Assembly: GCA_051532035.1 (NCBI GenBank)
Contig: JAOPTW010000012.1
Location: forward strand, 1-64,000
Direction of reading: 5' to 3'
Origin: Fibrobacterales bacterium
GTDB taxonomy: Bacteria; Fibrobacterota; Fibrobacteria; Fibrobacterales; JAOPTW01
DNA: 64,000 bases
Shown: positions 10,735 through 22,122 of the stretch, one piece after another
How positions within the stretch are numbered: position 1 is the first letter of the stretch
Layout of the letters: each line of letters opens with the position of its first letter
Notes under the pieces: generated by a model
Database searches by the model: none
What the model was told of the DNA's origin: nothing
Seen by the model: the letters and a program-made list of their open reading frames with translations, nothing else
Position numbers and translations under genes: made by a program

Positions 10735-12939
10735 TTATGGTTCAACTGTTTCAATTTCAATAGTTGAAAGTTCACTGCGTCCACTTGAATTTTTATGAAT
10801 GAAAAGATAAGAGTTGTTGGTCAGGCCAAGGGGTTCGATACTCGTCCATCCTGAACTCCAACCACGATAATAGAGTTTGTTGCCAATTGAGCCATCAGTA
10901 TTTAACTTGAAACAGCCTGAATGACTACCCTGGGTGTCATGAAAAAAGATGTAGGGTTTATCAGCTATGGTAAAAGGGCGTATATAGTTCCATGGGCGAA
11001 TATTAATGTTCTCTTCGATGAGCTCATGTAAGCTACCATCAGATTTTAAACTATAGGTGGCATGTTTAGAATTGAGCCCATTCAAATATACATAGGTGAT
11101 GTCATTGATGATAATGTATTGTATCGAGGTCCATGGGGTTGACCAAGTATTAGGAGGTTGATCGGTACTCAGAAGACTATTACTGTCGAGAGGAGTTGTA
11201 ATGGTCTCTTTGGTCGCCTCAATGGATCTCATAAGATAATGAGTAGAGTCACTTTTAATAACCTTTAAAGCCAATATGTTTGTCTCTAGTGTGTGAGTAT
11301 GTTTTACATCTCCAATAAGCCCATCATTACCAATTTTTCGAATATCGAGTAGGCCATTTTGATCATCATAGAGCATTAAATAGGTAGTGTCGTTAATTGT
11401 ATATATATCATGGTGTTTCCATGAATTACCAATATTTTTATTTTGTATAATGGTAAATGCCAAATCTCCATCTTTTAATTCTCGAGTAATAATTGAACCA
11501 TTACTATTGTTATAACAGAGCTGATATCCGGTATTGGTTATGGAATAATTTTGACAGGATGAAAAACCTGTATTTAAATTGGGACTACTCACAATCGTTT
11601 TTAATAAATAATCATGAGGGGTAGTGTATTCTTGTAGTACCTCAATAGTATCTTGCTCTATTGTTTGGGCTGAAATGACTTTTGCATCAGCCCATGTAAC
11701 ATAGCTATTGAGACCATGATATGTTTCATCGGTTCGAAGGCTAATGGTGGATACATTTTTAACATCAATTTTTAAACGGATTGAATTTGAGAAAATACGC
11801 AGTTCTGGGCTTGTGTATACTGAGCGACCATCAAGTATAACTTCAAATGTGGCAATCATATGTACATTGGATTGAAGGTCATTGTCACCATATTTATCGT
11901 CCATGCCAATGACGGCTTCGAATACGTCCCACTTTTTATCAAGATGAAAATCTATTTGCGAGTCTTCGTAGAGAACAATTCCCTTTGGGTAAATTATTTC
12001 ATTTAAGGAAATCAGCCTTCCTTTAAAATTTTTATCATATTCAATGTCATTTGAAGGCTCAGATAGATAGGTAATGGTACTTTGCAAGTCACTTAAATAG
12101 ATGGTATCTGAGATAATAGAGCTACTTGAACTTATAATGCTGGATGAGCTTTGAGTGAGTGGGGGCGGTATACTGCTACTCACATTAACGAAGGAAGAGG
12201 AGCTTAATGTGGAAACCGGAGGTGTTGTAACTGATGATGTTCTTATCATCCTAGATGATGAGATAAGAGCGGATGAAGAAATCAAATGGGTTGTTGTATC
12301 AGTTGATGATATCGGTATCGTTGTAGATGATGAATGACTTAATTGTGTTGATAAAGGTTCACTACTACTTAGAAAGTGAGACTGATGCTCTTTTTCCATT
12401 GCCCAGCTTGATACTGTGCTATTCGAAGATTGAGTGGTCCCAGTATTGATGACTACTGTACTTCCAGCACCAATGTCCTTGACGATAATGGTGGGGGCAT
12501 CACCTGTATGTTGTACTACGATGGCTTCTTCACCTGTAACTATAGTTGAGCTGTCATTATCAATTATTTGGGTAATTATTGTAAGGGTTATATTGACCAT
12601 TGTTGTGTTATCATCTGATACTGCTATATTTGGCATTGAGCCAATTATTTCTTTTTGGTTAAATACAAAAATATCGTAAGTGCCATTTTGAAGACTGTCA
12701 AAGGTGTTTCCATTAATGAGGTCCACTTTTTGGGAGTCGATTGGGGTGGAGTCTAATGAGTGAAAAAGATATGCGAAACTTTCTTCAACAGCCGCACTAT
12801 CTGAACCATCTGCAACCAAAAATTTGGCTGTTATGTTGTTTCCAGTTGTGGTAATTCCGGAATTGTCATCTGGATTAGTACTCTGACTGTTTGAGTCGCA
12901 GCTAACTAAAATAAATAAAATGGAAATAAGTAGTATCAT
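10735..12939 (-). CDS. Lipoprotein with Ser/Thr-rich linker, NPCBM/NEW2 domain and C-terminal propeller-like repeats
   Basis: Lipobox LVSC; IYLSDL...YPKGI...FEAVIGMDD...WADAK (NPCBM); repeated L..DG.IG / W..I units. Confidence 0.75.
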   Translation of the reverse strand: MILLISILFILVSCDSNSQSTNPDDNSGITTTGNNITAKFLVADGSDSAAVEESFAYLFHSLDSTPIDSQKVDLINGNTFDSLQNGTYDIFVFNQKEIIGSMPNIAVSDDNTTMVNITLTIITQIIDNDSSTIVTGEEAIVVQHTGDAPTIIVKDIGAGSTVVINTGTTQSSNSTVSSWAMEKEHQSHFLSSSEPLSTQLSHSSSTTIPISSTDTTTHLISSSALISSSRMIRTSSVTTPPVSTLSSSSFVNVSSSIPPPLTQSSSSIISSSSSIISDTIYLSDLQSTITYLSEPSNDIEYDKNFKGRLISLNEIIYPKGIVLYEDSQIDFHLDKKWDVFEAVIGMDDKYGDNDLQSNVHMIATFEVILDGRSVYTSPELRIFSNSIRLKIDVKNVSTISLRTDETYHGLNSYVTWADAKVISAQTIEQDTIEVLQEYTTPHDYLLKTIVSSPNLNTGFSSCQNYSITNTGYQLCYNNSNGSIITRELKDGDLAFTIIQNKNIGNSWKHHDIYTINDTTYLMLYDDQNGLLDIRKIGNDGLIGDVKHTHTLETNILALKVIKSDSTHYLMRSIEATKETITTPLDSNSLLSTDQPPNTWSTPWTSIQYIIINDITYVYLNGLNSKHATYSLKSDGSLHELIEENINIRPWNYIRPFTIADKPYIFFHDTQGSHSGCFKLNTDGSIGNKLYYRGWSSGWTSIEPLGLTNNSYLFIHKNSSGRSELSTIEIETVEP

Positions 12940-13099
12940 TGTGCCCTCTCTACGTACTTGCTAAAAGTAAAAATTAAGAGAGTAAATTGAATGGTACGTA
13001 TGTAAAATGAAATTAACAAAGCAGGGTCTTGGCTTCTATTTAATGGTAAGTTTGTTAATATTTGATATTGTACTATGGACATAAACTTGTAGAGACACA

Positions 13100-13951
13100 A
13101 TGACCGGATTTTCTATTTACAATTATTGGAGTAGTATTGATTTTTTGAATGATTGGTTTATTCAAGAAAAGATTAAAAATTCCAAATTTTCTTTTCAATA
13201 TTTTGCAAATAAGGCAGGGTTTAAATCACGTTCATTTATTGCAAATGTATTAGCTGGAAGAAGTAAGTTGTCAACAGACTCATTGTTAAAAATTGCAAAA
13301 GCAATGAATCTATCAAAACGTGAAACTCATTATTTAGAGGCACTCATTAATTATGATGCTACTAAGGATGATAATCAAAAAGAGTATTATCGTGATCAGC
13401 TTTTGTATTTAAAGCCAGTAAAAGAAGCTTATAATTTAGAGCGGGCTCATACTCAATATTTAGATAACTGGTATACAACAGCTATACGAGAGGCTGTTGC
13501 TTTTTTGCCCTTTAATGATGATTTTAAACGGTTGGGTAGTTATATGAAGCCAGCAATTACAGCAAAACAAGCAAAAGATACTGTTCATTTACTTCTTGAG
13601 CTGAAATTAATTACACGGCATGAAACTAAAAGAGGAATTATATATAGACAGACTGAATATCACTTGGATACTCCTTCTCATTTGCCAAAATCACTCGCGG
13701 TGAGAAATCATCAAAGAAAAGTAATTCATTTAGGCGCAGAGGCTATAGAACGTTTTCATAAAGATGAACGGAATATTCGATGTGCAACATTTTCTTTGAA
13801 TCAACAGGGGATAGACTCTATCAATAAACTTGTTTCAGAGTTTCAGAATAAATTAGTCAAAATAGCATCTGATTTTGAAGAAAATGCCGATAGTGTCTAT
13901 CAAGCTAATATTCAGTTTTTTCCCTTAACTAAAATTAAGTATACAGAATAG
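13100..13951 (+). CDS. TIGR02147 family protein (N-terminal HTH, DUF4423-like C-terminus)
   Basis: KFSFQYFANKAGFKSRSF, WYTTAIRE, PAITAKQAK, ERNI, VYQANIQFFPLT are typical of this Fibrobacter paralogous family. Confidence 0.85.
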   Translation: MTGFSIYNYWSSIDFLNDWFIQEKIKNSKFSFQYFANKAGFKSRSFIANVLAGRSKLSTDSLLKIAKAMNLSKRETHYLEALINYDATKDDNQKEYYRDQLLYLKPVKEAYNLERAHTQYLDNWYTTAIREAVAFLPFNDDFKRLGSYMKPAITAKQAKDTVHLLLELKLITRHETKRGIIYRQTEYHLDTPSHLPKSLAVRNHQRKVIHLGAEAIERFHKDERNIRCATFSLNQQGIDSINKLVSEFQNKLVKIASDFEENADSVYQANIQFFPLTKIKYTE

Positions 13952-13960
13952 GTTGTAGAT

Positions 13961-14070
13961 TAACACTAAATGATTAGAAGGTAATTTTCAGTTTTAAAAC
14001 AAAAAAGCCGATCCAGTGGATCGGCTTTTTATCAAGAGGGCGGAAGAAGGGATTCGAACACTCGACTTCC
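13961..14070. repeat. 110-bp direct repeat copy 1 (degenerate tRNA-Gly 3' end plus terminator; att-like)
   Basis: Matches 16597-16706 with 4 mismatches, all within the tRNA-derived part (14039-14070). Confidence 0.95.
14001..14030. terminator. Bidirectional intrinsic terminator (copy 1)
   Basis: AAAAAAGCCGATCC-agt-GGATCGGCTTTTT. Confidence 0.85.
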
Positions 14071-14400
14071 CGGGTATCTCAGATACGAAATCAATTATTG
14101 CACTTTCTTTCAGTAATAGGCCATTCTTTATTTGAAATATTTATAATACCGGCGATCACCTGATACGATTAATTGTGTTTATTAAACTCGATTATGCGCC
14201 TAAAAAGAGACCAGAGTTAAATACCATGTGATTATTATGCTCGGCCTGATCATCTCCATTTTTATCTACCTGCTTAAGTGCATTTTCACTACTCAATGTA
14301 TTTAAACGTTGAAATTTGGATGCATACCCTCAACTCTTTGCTTTTTGTACAAATATGCGGTATTATCAAGTTCATACGAGTTGTTTTGAGTAATGAGAAT

Positions 14401-16521
14401 ATGGAAAAAACAAAGGCCAATCGTACTGCCTTATTCACTGGTTTATGTATTGTCGTAATAGGTATTTGCGCATCTTTTGTTGCAGGATATTTATTGGAAG
14501 CCCATGAGGTAGAGCGAAACTCTCATGTGTTTAGAGAAGGAGCGGAAAAACAAGCAACGAATATTATAAATGATTTGAATTCTCGAATAAAGGCACTCAA
14601 TAGAATGGGAAGCCGGAAAGAGAATGACAAGGGAGTATCAAAAAAAGAATTTTATAGTGATGTACGTAATTATATAGAAGATATGCCCGGCTTTCAGGCG
14701 ATTGAATGGGTTGATGAAAATTATATTGTACAGTGGGTTATTCCCCTTAAGGGAAACGAGCAAGCCCAAGGTCTTGATCTAGCATTCGAAAAAAGAAGAA
14801 AAGATGCACTTGCTAAAGCACGCCTCAGCAAAACGGCTACAGTAACAAAACCTATCGACCTCGTACAAGGGGGTAAAGGGTTTTTAGTATACATTCCTCT
14901 TCATGTTGACAGTACCTTCAGTGGGTTTATTTTAGCAGTTTTTCAGACCGAAAAATGGTTGTCATCCATTCTCAAATCACGTATTGGTAAAAGCTATTAT
15001 ACTGAAGTTTACATTGATAATGAAAAAGTGTATAGTGGTGATAATTCTGACCAGGCAGCCGTGAACTATAGCCAAACAATTTCAATTGAGAGCGAGGGTA
15101 ATAGGGTATTCAAAATTGTTACAACCCCTACACAGCACTATGTATCTAACATTCATTCATTCATTCCTGAACTGTCAACACTGTTTGGAATCGTACTGTC
15201 GATACTCGTAGGCATTATTGTTTTAATATTGAAAAAAACACTGTTGCTCAATACTGTTGTGCGTATGAGCAACACCGATTTAAATAATAAACAAGTTGAA
15301 CTTCTTGAAATAAATGAGCAACTTGAAACGGCGAGTTCTATTGCAAATTCAATGACTGCTGAGGCTGAAATGTCGAGTATTGCAAAGAGTGAATTTCTTG
15401 CAAATATGAGTCACGATATTCGCACCCCAATGAATGGGGTTACGTGCATGGCAGAACTATTGTTAGCATCAGACATAACGGCTCAACAAAAAAAATATCT
15501 TTCGATCATAAAAAAGTCAGGTGAATCCCTCGTATCATTAATAAATGACATTTTAGATTTTTCTAAAATCGAAGCAGGTAAACTTGAAATTGACCCGTTC
15601 CCTTTTGATTTACATGAGTTGGTTCAGTCATTTATAGACTCGATGATGTATCGTGCCGATGAGAAAAAAATATCATTGACTTATAGTATTGAAAGCGCTG
15701 TCCCTCAGTATATAAATAGTGACCCCAACAGGATTCGTCAGATCTTAATAAATTTAGTGGGTAACGCCTTTAAGTTCACTGATAAAGGTGGCATTATACT
15801 TGCCATTACCAAAGTTGCAGTTGATAAGGATACGTGTACATTAAATTTTGATATAACCGATACCGGTATTGGGATTCCAAAAAGTAAACTCAAAATTCTG
15901 TTCGATAAGTTCTCTCAGGTCGACAAAGAGATCACCCGTAATTATGGCGGTACTGGGCTCGGATTGGCTATATCGAAACAGCTTTCTGAAATGCTCGGCG
16001 GTGGTGTATCGGTTGAAAGTATCGAAGGGAGCGGTGCAACATTTAGTTTTTCAATAGTTGTTCAGCATGCTGATAAAAGTGAATTGGTATCGGCAAACGA
16101 AGAGAATACGTTTGCGGAAATTCCTTTAGACAAACGAGGATACTTCGATCTTTTAGTTGTCGAAGATGATATTACTAACCGTATGATTATACAGGCTGTA
16201 TTACAAAAACTCGGATACTCTGCCGATGAAGCATATGATGGTGTTGATGCATTAGAAAAAATGGCAATAAAAAAATATGACATGGTCTTTATGGATATGC
16301 AGATGCCGCGACTCAACGGGTACAAAACAACCCAAAAAATCCGAACCTTTTCTGATCAGGTCTCTTCATCTGAAGTCCCCATCGTTGCTATGACCGCTAA
16401 TGCTATGAAACAAGATAGAGATGAGTGTTTTGAGGCTGGCATGAATGATTATATTGCAAAACCAATAAGCATCACAAGTGTTAACACGGCATTGAATCAA
16501 TGGCTCAGTAAGTTGACGTAA
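14401..16521 (+). CDS. CHASE-domain hybrid sensor histidine kinase/response regulator (ORF track start 14278; ATG 14401 more likely)
   Basis: Two TM segments flanking CHASE-like region (PLKGNEQAQGLDL, LVQGGKGF); H-box FLANMSHDIRTPMNG; N/G/F boxes; [11 protein letters not shown]. Confidence 0.92.
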   Translation: MEKTKANRTALFTGLCIVVIGICASFVAGYLLEAHEVERNSHVFREGAEKQATNIINDLNSRIKALNRMGSRKENDKGVSKKEFYSDVRNYIEDMPGFQAIEWVDENYIVQWVIPLKGNEQAQGLDLAFEKRRKDALAKARLSKTATVTKPIDLVQGGKGFLVYIPLHVDSTFSGFILAVFQTEKWLSSILKSRIGKSYYTEVYIDNEKVYSGDNSDQAAVNYSQTISIESEGNRVFKIVTTPTQHYVSNIHSFIPELSTLFGIVLSILVGIIVLILKKTLLLNTVVRMSNTDLNNKQVELLEINEQLETASSIANSMTAEAEMSSIAKSEFLANMSHDIRTPMNGVTCMAELLLASDITAQQKKYLSIIKKSGESLVSLINDILDFSKIEAGKLEIDPFPFDLHELVQSFIDSMMYRADEKKISLTYSIESAVPQYINSDPNRIRQILINLVGNAFKFTDKGGIILAITKVAVDKDTCTLNFDITDTGIGIPKSKLKILFDKFSQVDKEITRNYGGTGLGLAISKQLSEMLGGGVSVESIEGSGATFSFSIVVQHADKSELVSANEENTFAEIPLDKRGYFDLLVVEDDITNRMIIQAVLQKLGYSADEAYDGVDALEKMAIKKYDMVFMDMQMPRLNGYKTTQKIRTFSDQVSSSEVPIVAMTANAMKQDRDECFEAGMNDYIAKPISITSVNTALNQWLSKLT

Positions 16522-16596
16522 GTTCACAAAAACTCTTCTTACTTATTCCCCCTACAGAAATAATTTGGAAAGACTCCTATAACAATACAGTAGGAG

Positions 16597-16706
16597 TAAC
16601 ACTAAATGATTAGAAGGTAATTTTCAGTTTTAAAACAAAAAAGCCGATCCAGTGGATCGGCTTTTTATCAAGAGAGCGGGAGAAGGGATTCGAACCCTCG
16701 ACCTCC
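16597..16706. repeat. 110-bp direct repeat copy 2 (overlaps the intact tRNA 3' end)
   Basis: Direct repeat of 13961-14070, offset 2636 bp. Confidence 0.95.
16637..16666. terminator. Bidirectional intrinsic terminator (tRNA-Gly / kinase)
   Basis: AAAAAAGCCGATCC-agt-GGATCGGCTTTTT between convergent transcripts. Confidence 0.85.
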
Positions 16707-16747
16707 ACCTTGGCAAGGTGATGCTCTACCAACTGAGCTACTCTCGC
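16675..16747 (-). tRNA. tRNA-Gly(GCC), CCA not encoded
   Basis: Reverse complement GCGAGAGTAGCTCAGTTGGTAGAGCATCACCTTGCCAAGGTGGAGGTCGAGGGTTCGAATCCCTTCTCCCGCT folds as a cloverleaf; anticodon GCC; U73. Confidence 0.97.
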
Positions 16748-16759
16748 TTGAGTGAGACA

Positions 16760-16788
16760 ATAATAATTATTGCGATGACTAACGTCAA
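16760..16788 (-). promoter_or_regulatory. Sigma70-type promoter of tRNA-Gly
   Basis: TTGACG-N17-TATTAT on the minus strand, 12 bp upstream of the tRNA. Confidence 0.75.
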
Positions 16789-16871
16789 TAAAAAATGTTA
16801 AAAAAATATGAAAAATTTCAAATATTTAGCCCTGAGGGTCAGTCAGGGCCGATTCTATAGGGGTACGCTTA

Positions 16872-18869
<1,998 letters not shown>

Positions 18870-18907
18870 TTACCGTTCAAAAAGGGTGTTATTTAGTACA
18901 TTAATCT

Positions 18908-19582
18908 TTGGAAAAATACATTTCGCAGGTAAATATGTCTCAGGTTAATGCACATTTTAGAGTCCTCATTTTAACTATTACTCTTTTGGGGTCAGGTGCT
19001 TTTGCACAAATGCTCGAAAGTGACGCTGAAGACCCTTTTAAAAGTATTGATGACATCACGACTCCTGAATACATCAAAAAAGAAGAGAAGGTTGATGCGG
19101 TAACAATCACTCCCGCGAAAGCTAAAACTAAATCAACACCCGCTGCACAGAGTAGTGCTCCTGTAGGAAATAATAGAGTAACGCTCGGAACCTATATTGA
19201 GTTTGGAAATGAGGCGGGTGGTTTACATGCAACCTATGCAATTGATGAAAAGAGTAGATCAGATTTGTATCTGAGTACTGACTTTAAGTCGATCATGATT
19301 CAGGGTGGCTACGCACTGTTAAGTAAAAATGTTATTAAATCGGGTAATGTTACCGGAGACCTTTACTGGGGCCCACAGCTTGCTTTTGCAAAAGATGAGT
19401 GGAACTCATATATTCGTTTTGGTCTCTTTGGTGGAGCAGCATTCAAGGTCTCTACACTTCCAGGGTATAGCTTCTTTATGAACTTAGAGCCATCATCAAC
19501 ATTTATCTTTCCTAAAAAAGGGTCGACAGATTATGATCTGACAACCCATGCACTCAAGTTTGGCGTACGTTACTTTTTATAA
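18908..19582 (+). CDS. Exported protein, probable small outer-membrane beta-barrel (start possibly 18935)
   Basis: Signal peptide; alternating beta-strand pattern; C-terminal FGVRYFL. Confidence 0.6.
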   Translation: MEKYISQVNMSQVNAHFRVLILTITLLGSGAFAQMLESDAEDPFKSIDDITTPEYIKKEEKVDAVTITPAKAKTKSTPAAQSSAPVGNNRVTLGTYIEFGNEAGGLHATYAIDEKSRSDLYLSTDFKSIMIQGGYALLSKNVIKSGNVTGDLYWGPQLAFAKDEWNSYIRFGLFGGAAFKVSTLPGYSFFMNLEPSSTFIFPKKGSTDYDLTTHALKFGVRYFL

Positions 19583-21375
19583 AATGTAATGAGCTCTTCA
19601 AAGAGCTTATTAATCTGAGTACCATCTGCAGTAGGAGTATCGGTAAGTTGATACTCTCTATTGTCGAGTGGACTTCTGAGGCTCCTTACTACAGGACTCA
19701 TTGGGATTTGTACTAGGTGCCCTGCACCTTCGAGTACTGTATGAGTAAAGCGCGTTGCATCTCCCCGAGCTGCTACTGCATTAGCCATAACGGTACTGTT
19801 CCAATAAGGATCGTTGGTGCCTGAAGCGAGAAAGAGTTCACCAGTAATAGTGTGTGCAGGAATGAGAGCTTTTGAAACTGCTGTTGCATTTGCATAGTTA
19901 AACGAGTGCCAGTTCACTGCACGATAGGGTGATTCCCAAAGCATTTTTTCAAAATCTTCCATGACGTTATTGGGAAGGAAAGGCACCGGAGTTCCATTGA
20001 GTGAGAGAGTTGAATGTTTTCTAAATTCGCCACTCATACCCGTACCCATCCATGTAATAGATGTGGGTGAGAGGAGTGCAACTTTTTTAATACTGTTAAA
20101 TTGGCTTGTGTGGAAAAGGATTGCTTCACTTCCGCGGCCAATGGCAAATCCATTCACACCACGTTCTTCTAATCCAGGAATTTGATTGTAAAAAGGAGCA
20201 ATTTTTTCTTTAAGATAATTGATTCCTACAGTGAGCGCCTCCATGGGGACTTCTTTAAGTGAATCATTAAAAAGTGACTGGCATACTACCATAAATCCAC
20301 GAGAAGCAAAGAGCTCTGCATACCGTTCAGTGAGTGGAGTGTACTCTGAAGCGACCATATAGATGGCGCCGTGAACGATGGGTTGTTTGGGGCTGTAGAG
20401 AGTGCCTAAGAGAAGACTATCATTGATTGGTTGAGTCGTATAATTAAGGCTCGCATTGAGTGGTACCATTACAGTAGCGGCAATAGTGCGATCTCTTAGG
20501 AGTGAAACGGTGAGAGAGCAGAGTGGTGCGGGCTCAAAATAGCGGTCAATTCTATGATGGCCAGCACGTCGAGCAGTGTACCATATAGGGGAGAGGCTTG
20601 GTATGGAGATCATGCCAGTAGAGTCGGCAACTTCTGTACGTTTTGCTGTCCAAAGAGTGCCAAAGCGATCGAGTGTTGAGAGTGAGAGTGTGAGGGTTTC
20701 ACCTGCAGTAGCGCCGGTTACAACGAGAGGACTCTCAAGTAGAGTGGGTGGGTGAGCAATAGTCAATGATGGCGTTGAGATAGGGAGTGCCTGATCTTGA
20801 TTGTCGTGGGCTGTAGGGGTAAATGTGCCATCTGGGATCTTGTATTTTTTCATAGTGACAGAAAAATCGCGCTCTCCATTGCTAAAAACACCAAGCAGTT
20901 GAGTAGGGTTTTCAGGGTCGACACTAAAGCGGTAGATTCCTGTAGTAGTGGCCCATTCTATAGTGTACCTGTCAACAACCTTAGGTTCTACAATACCGTA
21001 GCCGGCTTTGATAACGCCAATATTTTTATTTTTACCCCAACTATAGATGACTTGGGCAGTTGAGTCATTAATTACCTCCACAACAGTAGTTGCCGTAAGA
21101 GCATATCCCATCATTTCGGCAACGCCACCACCCCATACTCCTTGCCATACACCCGAAAAAAGTGAAAGTGCAGTATTGGTGAGGGGGGCAGGTGATTCGA
21201 TCACGAGTGGAGAGGGAAGAGGGGTTGTACTGGGTAAATCAGGAAGTGAATCATTGATAGGAATAGTAATGACCTGAGGGTGTTGACTGTCAACAACAGG
21301 TTGGGCCGCACTACACGATAAGAGGCAATAGAGTAAGCCGAGTGATAAGGCAGGTGAGATAAGATAAAAACGCAC
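19570..21375 (-). CDS. Lipoprotein with BAAT/acyl-CoA thioesterase-like alpha/beta-hydrolase domain (nucleophile altered)
   Basis: Lipobox LLSC; GTLYSP, LFASRGF, ASGTNDPYWNS, EGAGHL motifs. Confidence 0.7.
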   Translation of the reverse strand: MRFYLISPALSLGLLYCLLSCSAAQPVVDSQHPQVITIPINDSLPDLPSTTPLPSPLVIESPAPLTNTALSLFSGVWQGVWGGGVAEMMGYALTATTVVEVINDSTAQVIYSWGKNKNIGVIKAGYGIVEPKVVDRYTIEWATTTGIYRFSVDPENPTQLLGVFSNGERDFSVTMKKYKIPDGTFTPTAHDNQDQALPISTPSLTIAHPPTLLESPLVVTGATAGETLTLSLSTLDRFGTLWTAKRTEVADSTGMISIPSLSPIWYTARRAGHHRIDRYFEPAPLCSLTVSLLRDRTIAATVMVPLNASLNYTTQPINDSLLLGTLYSPKQPIVHGAIYMVASEYTPLTERYAELFASRGFMVVCQSLFNDSLKEVPMEALTVGINYLKEKIAPFYNQIPGLEERGVNGFAIGRGSEAILFHTSQFNSIKKVALLSPTSITWMGTGMSGEFRKHSTLSLNGTPVPFLPNNVMEDFEKMLWESPYRAVNWHSFNYANATAVSKALIPAHTITGELFLASGTNDPYWNSTVMANAVAARGDATRFTHTVLEGAGHLVQIPMSPVVRSLRSPLDNREYQLTDTPTADGTQINKLFEELITFYKK

Positions 21376-21566
21376 AATAGATCCATTTGTTTAGAGAGTG
21401 CGTACAATATAAAAATAGTATCTTGTTTAGTAAGCCCAAACATCGCTTCGGCTCTCTATCTGGGTATCTATTACCCAAGAACTACCTGAATTCAGTGATA
21501 ATTTGATGGGGCTCTGTTAAAAAAGGGGGGCCTTTTTGCTGAGGCTGAAATACATTTAGATATCTC

Positions 21567-21848
21567 TTAGTCAGCTCGCATAATAATTTGAATTAAATGG
21601 TACCCGAATTCAGTCTTAATGGGGCCATGGACCGGGCCAACTTCTTCTTTAAAAACGATATCATCAAATTCTGGGACCATATCTCCTGGGCTAAACATGC
21701 CAAGATCGCCCCCAGATTTGCCCGAAGGGCAGGTAGAAAATTGTGCGGCGAGCTCTTGAAAGTCTGCTCCTGCTTCTATCTCTTGCTTTAATTCCTGACA
21801 CCGATCTTCGTACGGAACCAGAATATGTCGAGCTCTGGCCATTGCCAT
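21567..21848 (-). CDS. ppiC: Parvulin-type peptidyl-prolyl isomerase
   Basis: ARHILV, STCPSGKSGGDLG, MVPEFD, TEFGYHLI. Confidence 0.95.
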   Translation of the reverse strand: MAMARARHILVPYEDRCQELKQEIEAGADFQELAAQFSTCPSGKSGGDLGMFSPGDMVPEFDDIVFKEEVGPVHGPIKTEFGYHLIQIIMRAD

Positions 21849-22122
21849 AGGCGCACTCCTTTATATACAACCACCATCAGATGAATGTAAGGATTTACTT
21901 CATCATTCAATATAACCCCTTGCCTGTAGAAATTCAATGAGTAGCCTCAAAAGTGAGGTATTTTGTGCCTTAGGAAGGGGAATTCCTTACCCTTTCTTTA
22001 AGGTTTACTTTATGAACTACTCAAAAGTGGCTAAAATGACGTATAAAAGAGGTTTTTATGGGGAGATTCATTGGCATATATATCGCTTTTATAGAATAGG
22101 ATACTCTCATTTAGGTTTAATA

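Noticed and set aside
14039..14070. Second tRNA gene
   Set aside because: Only the T-arm and 3' acceptor strand are present; no D or anticodon arm
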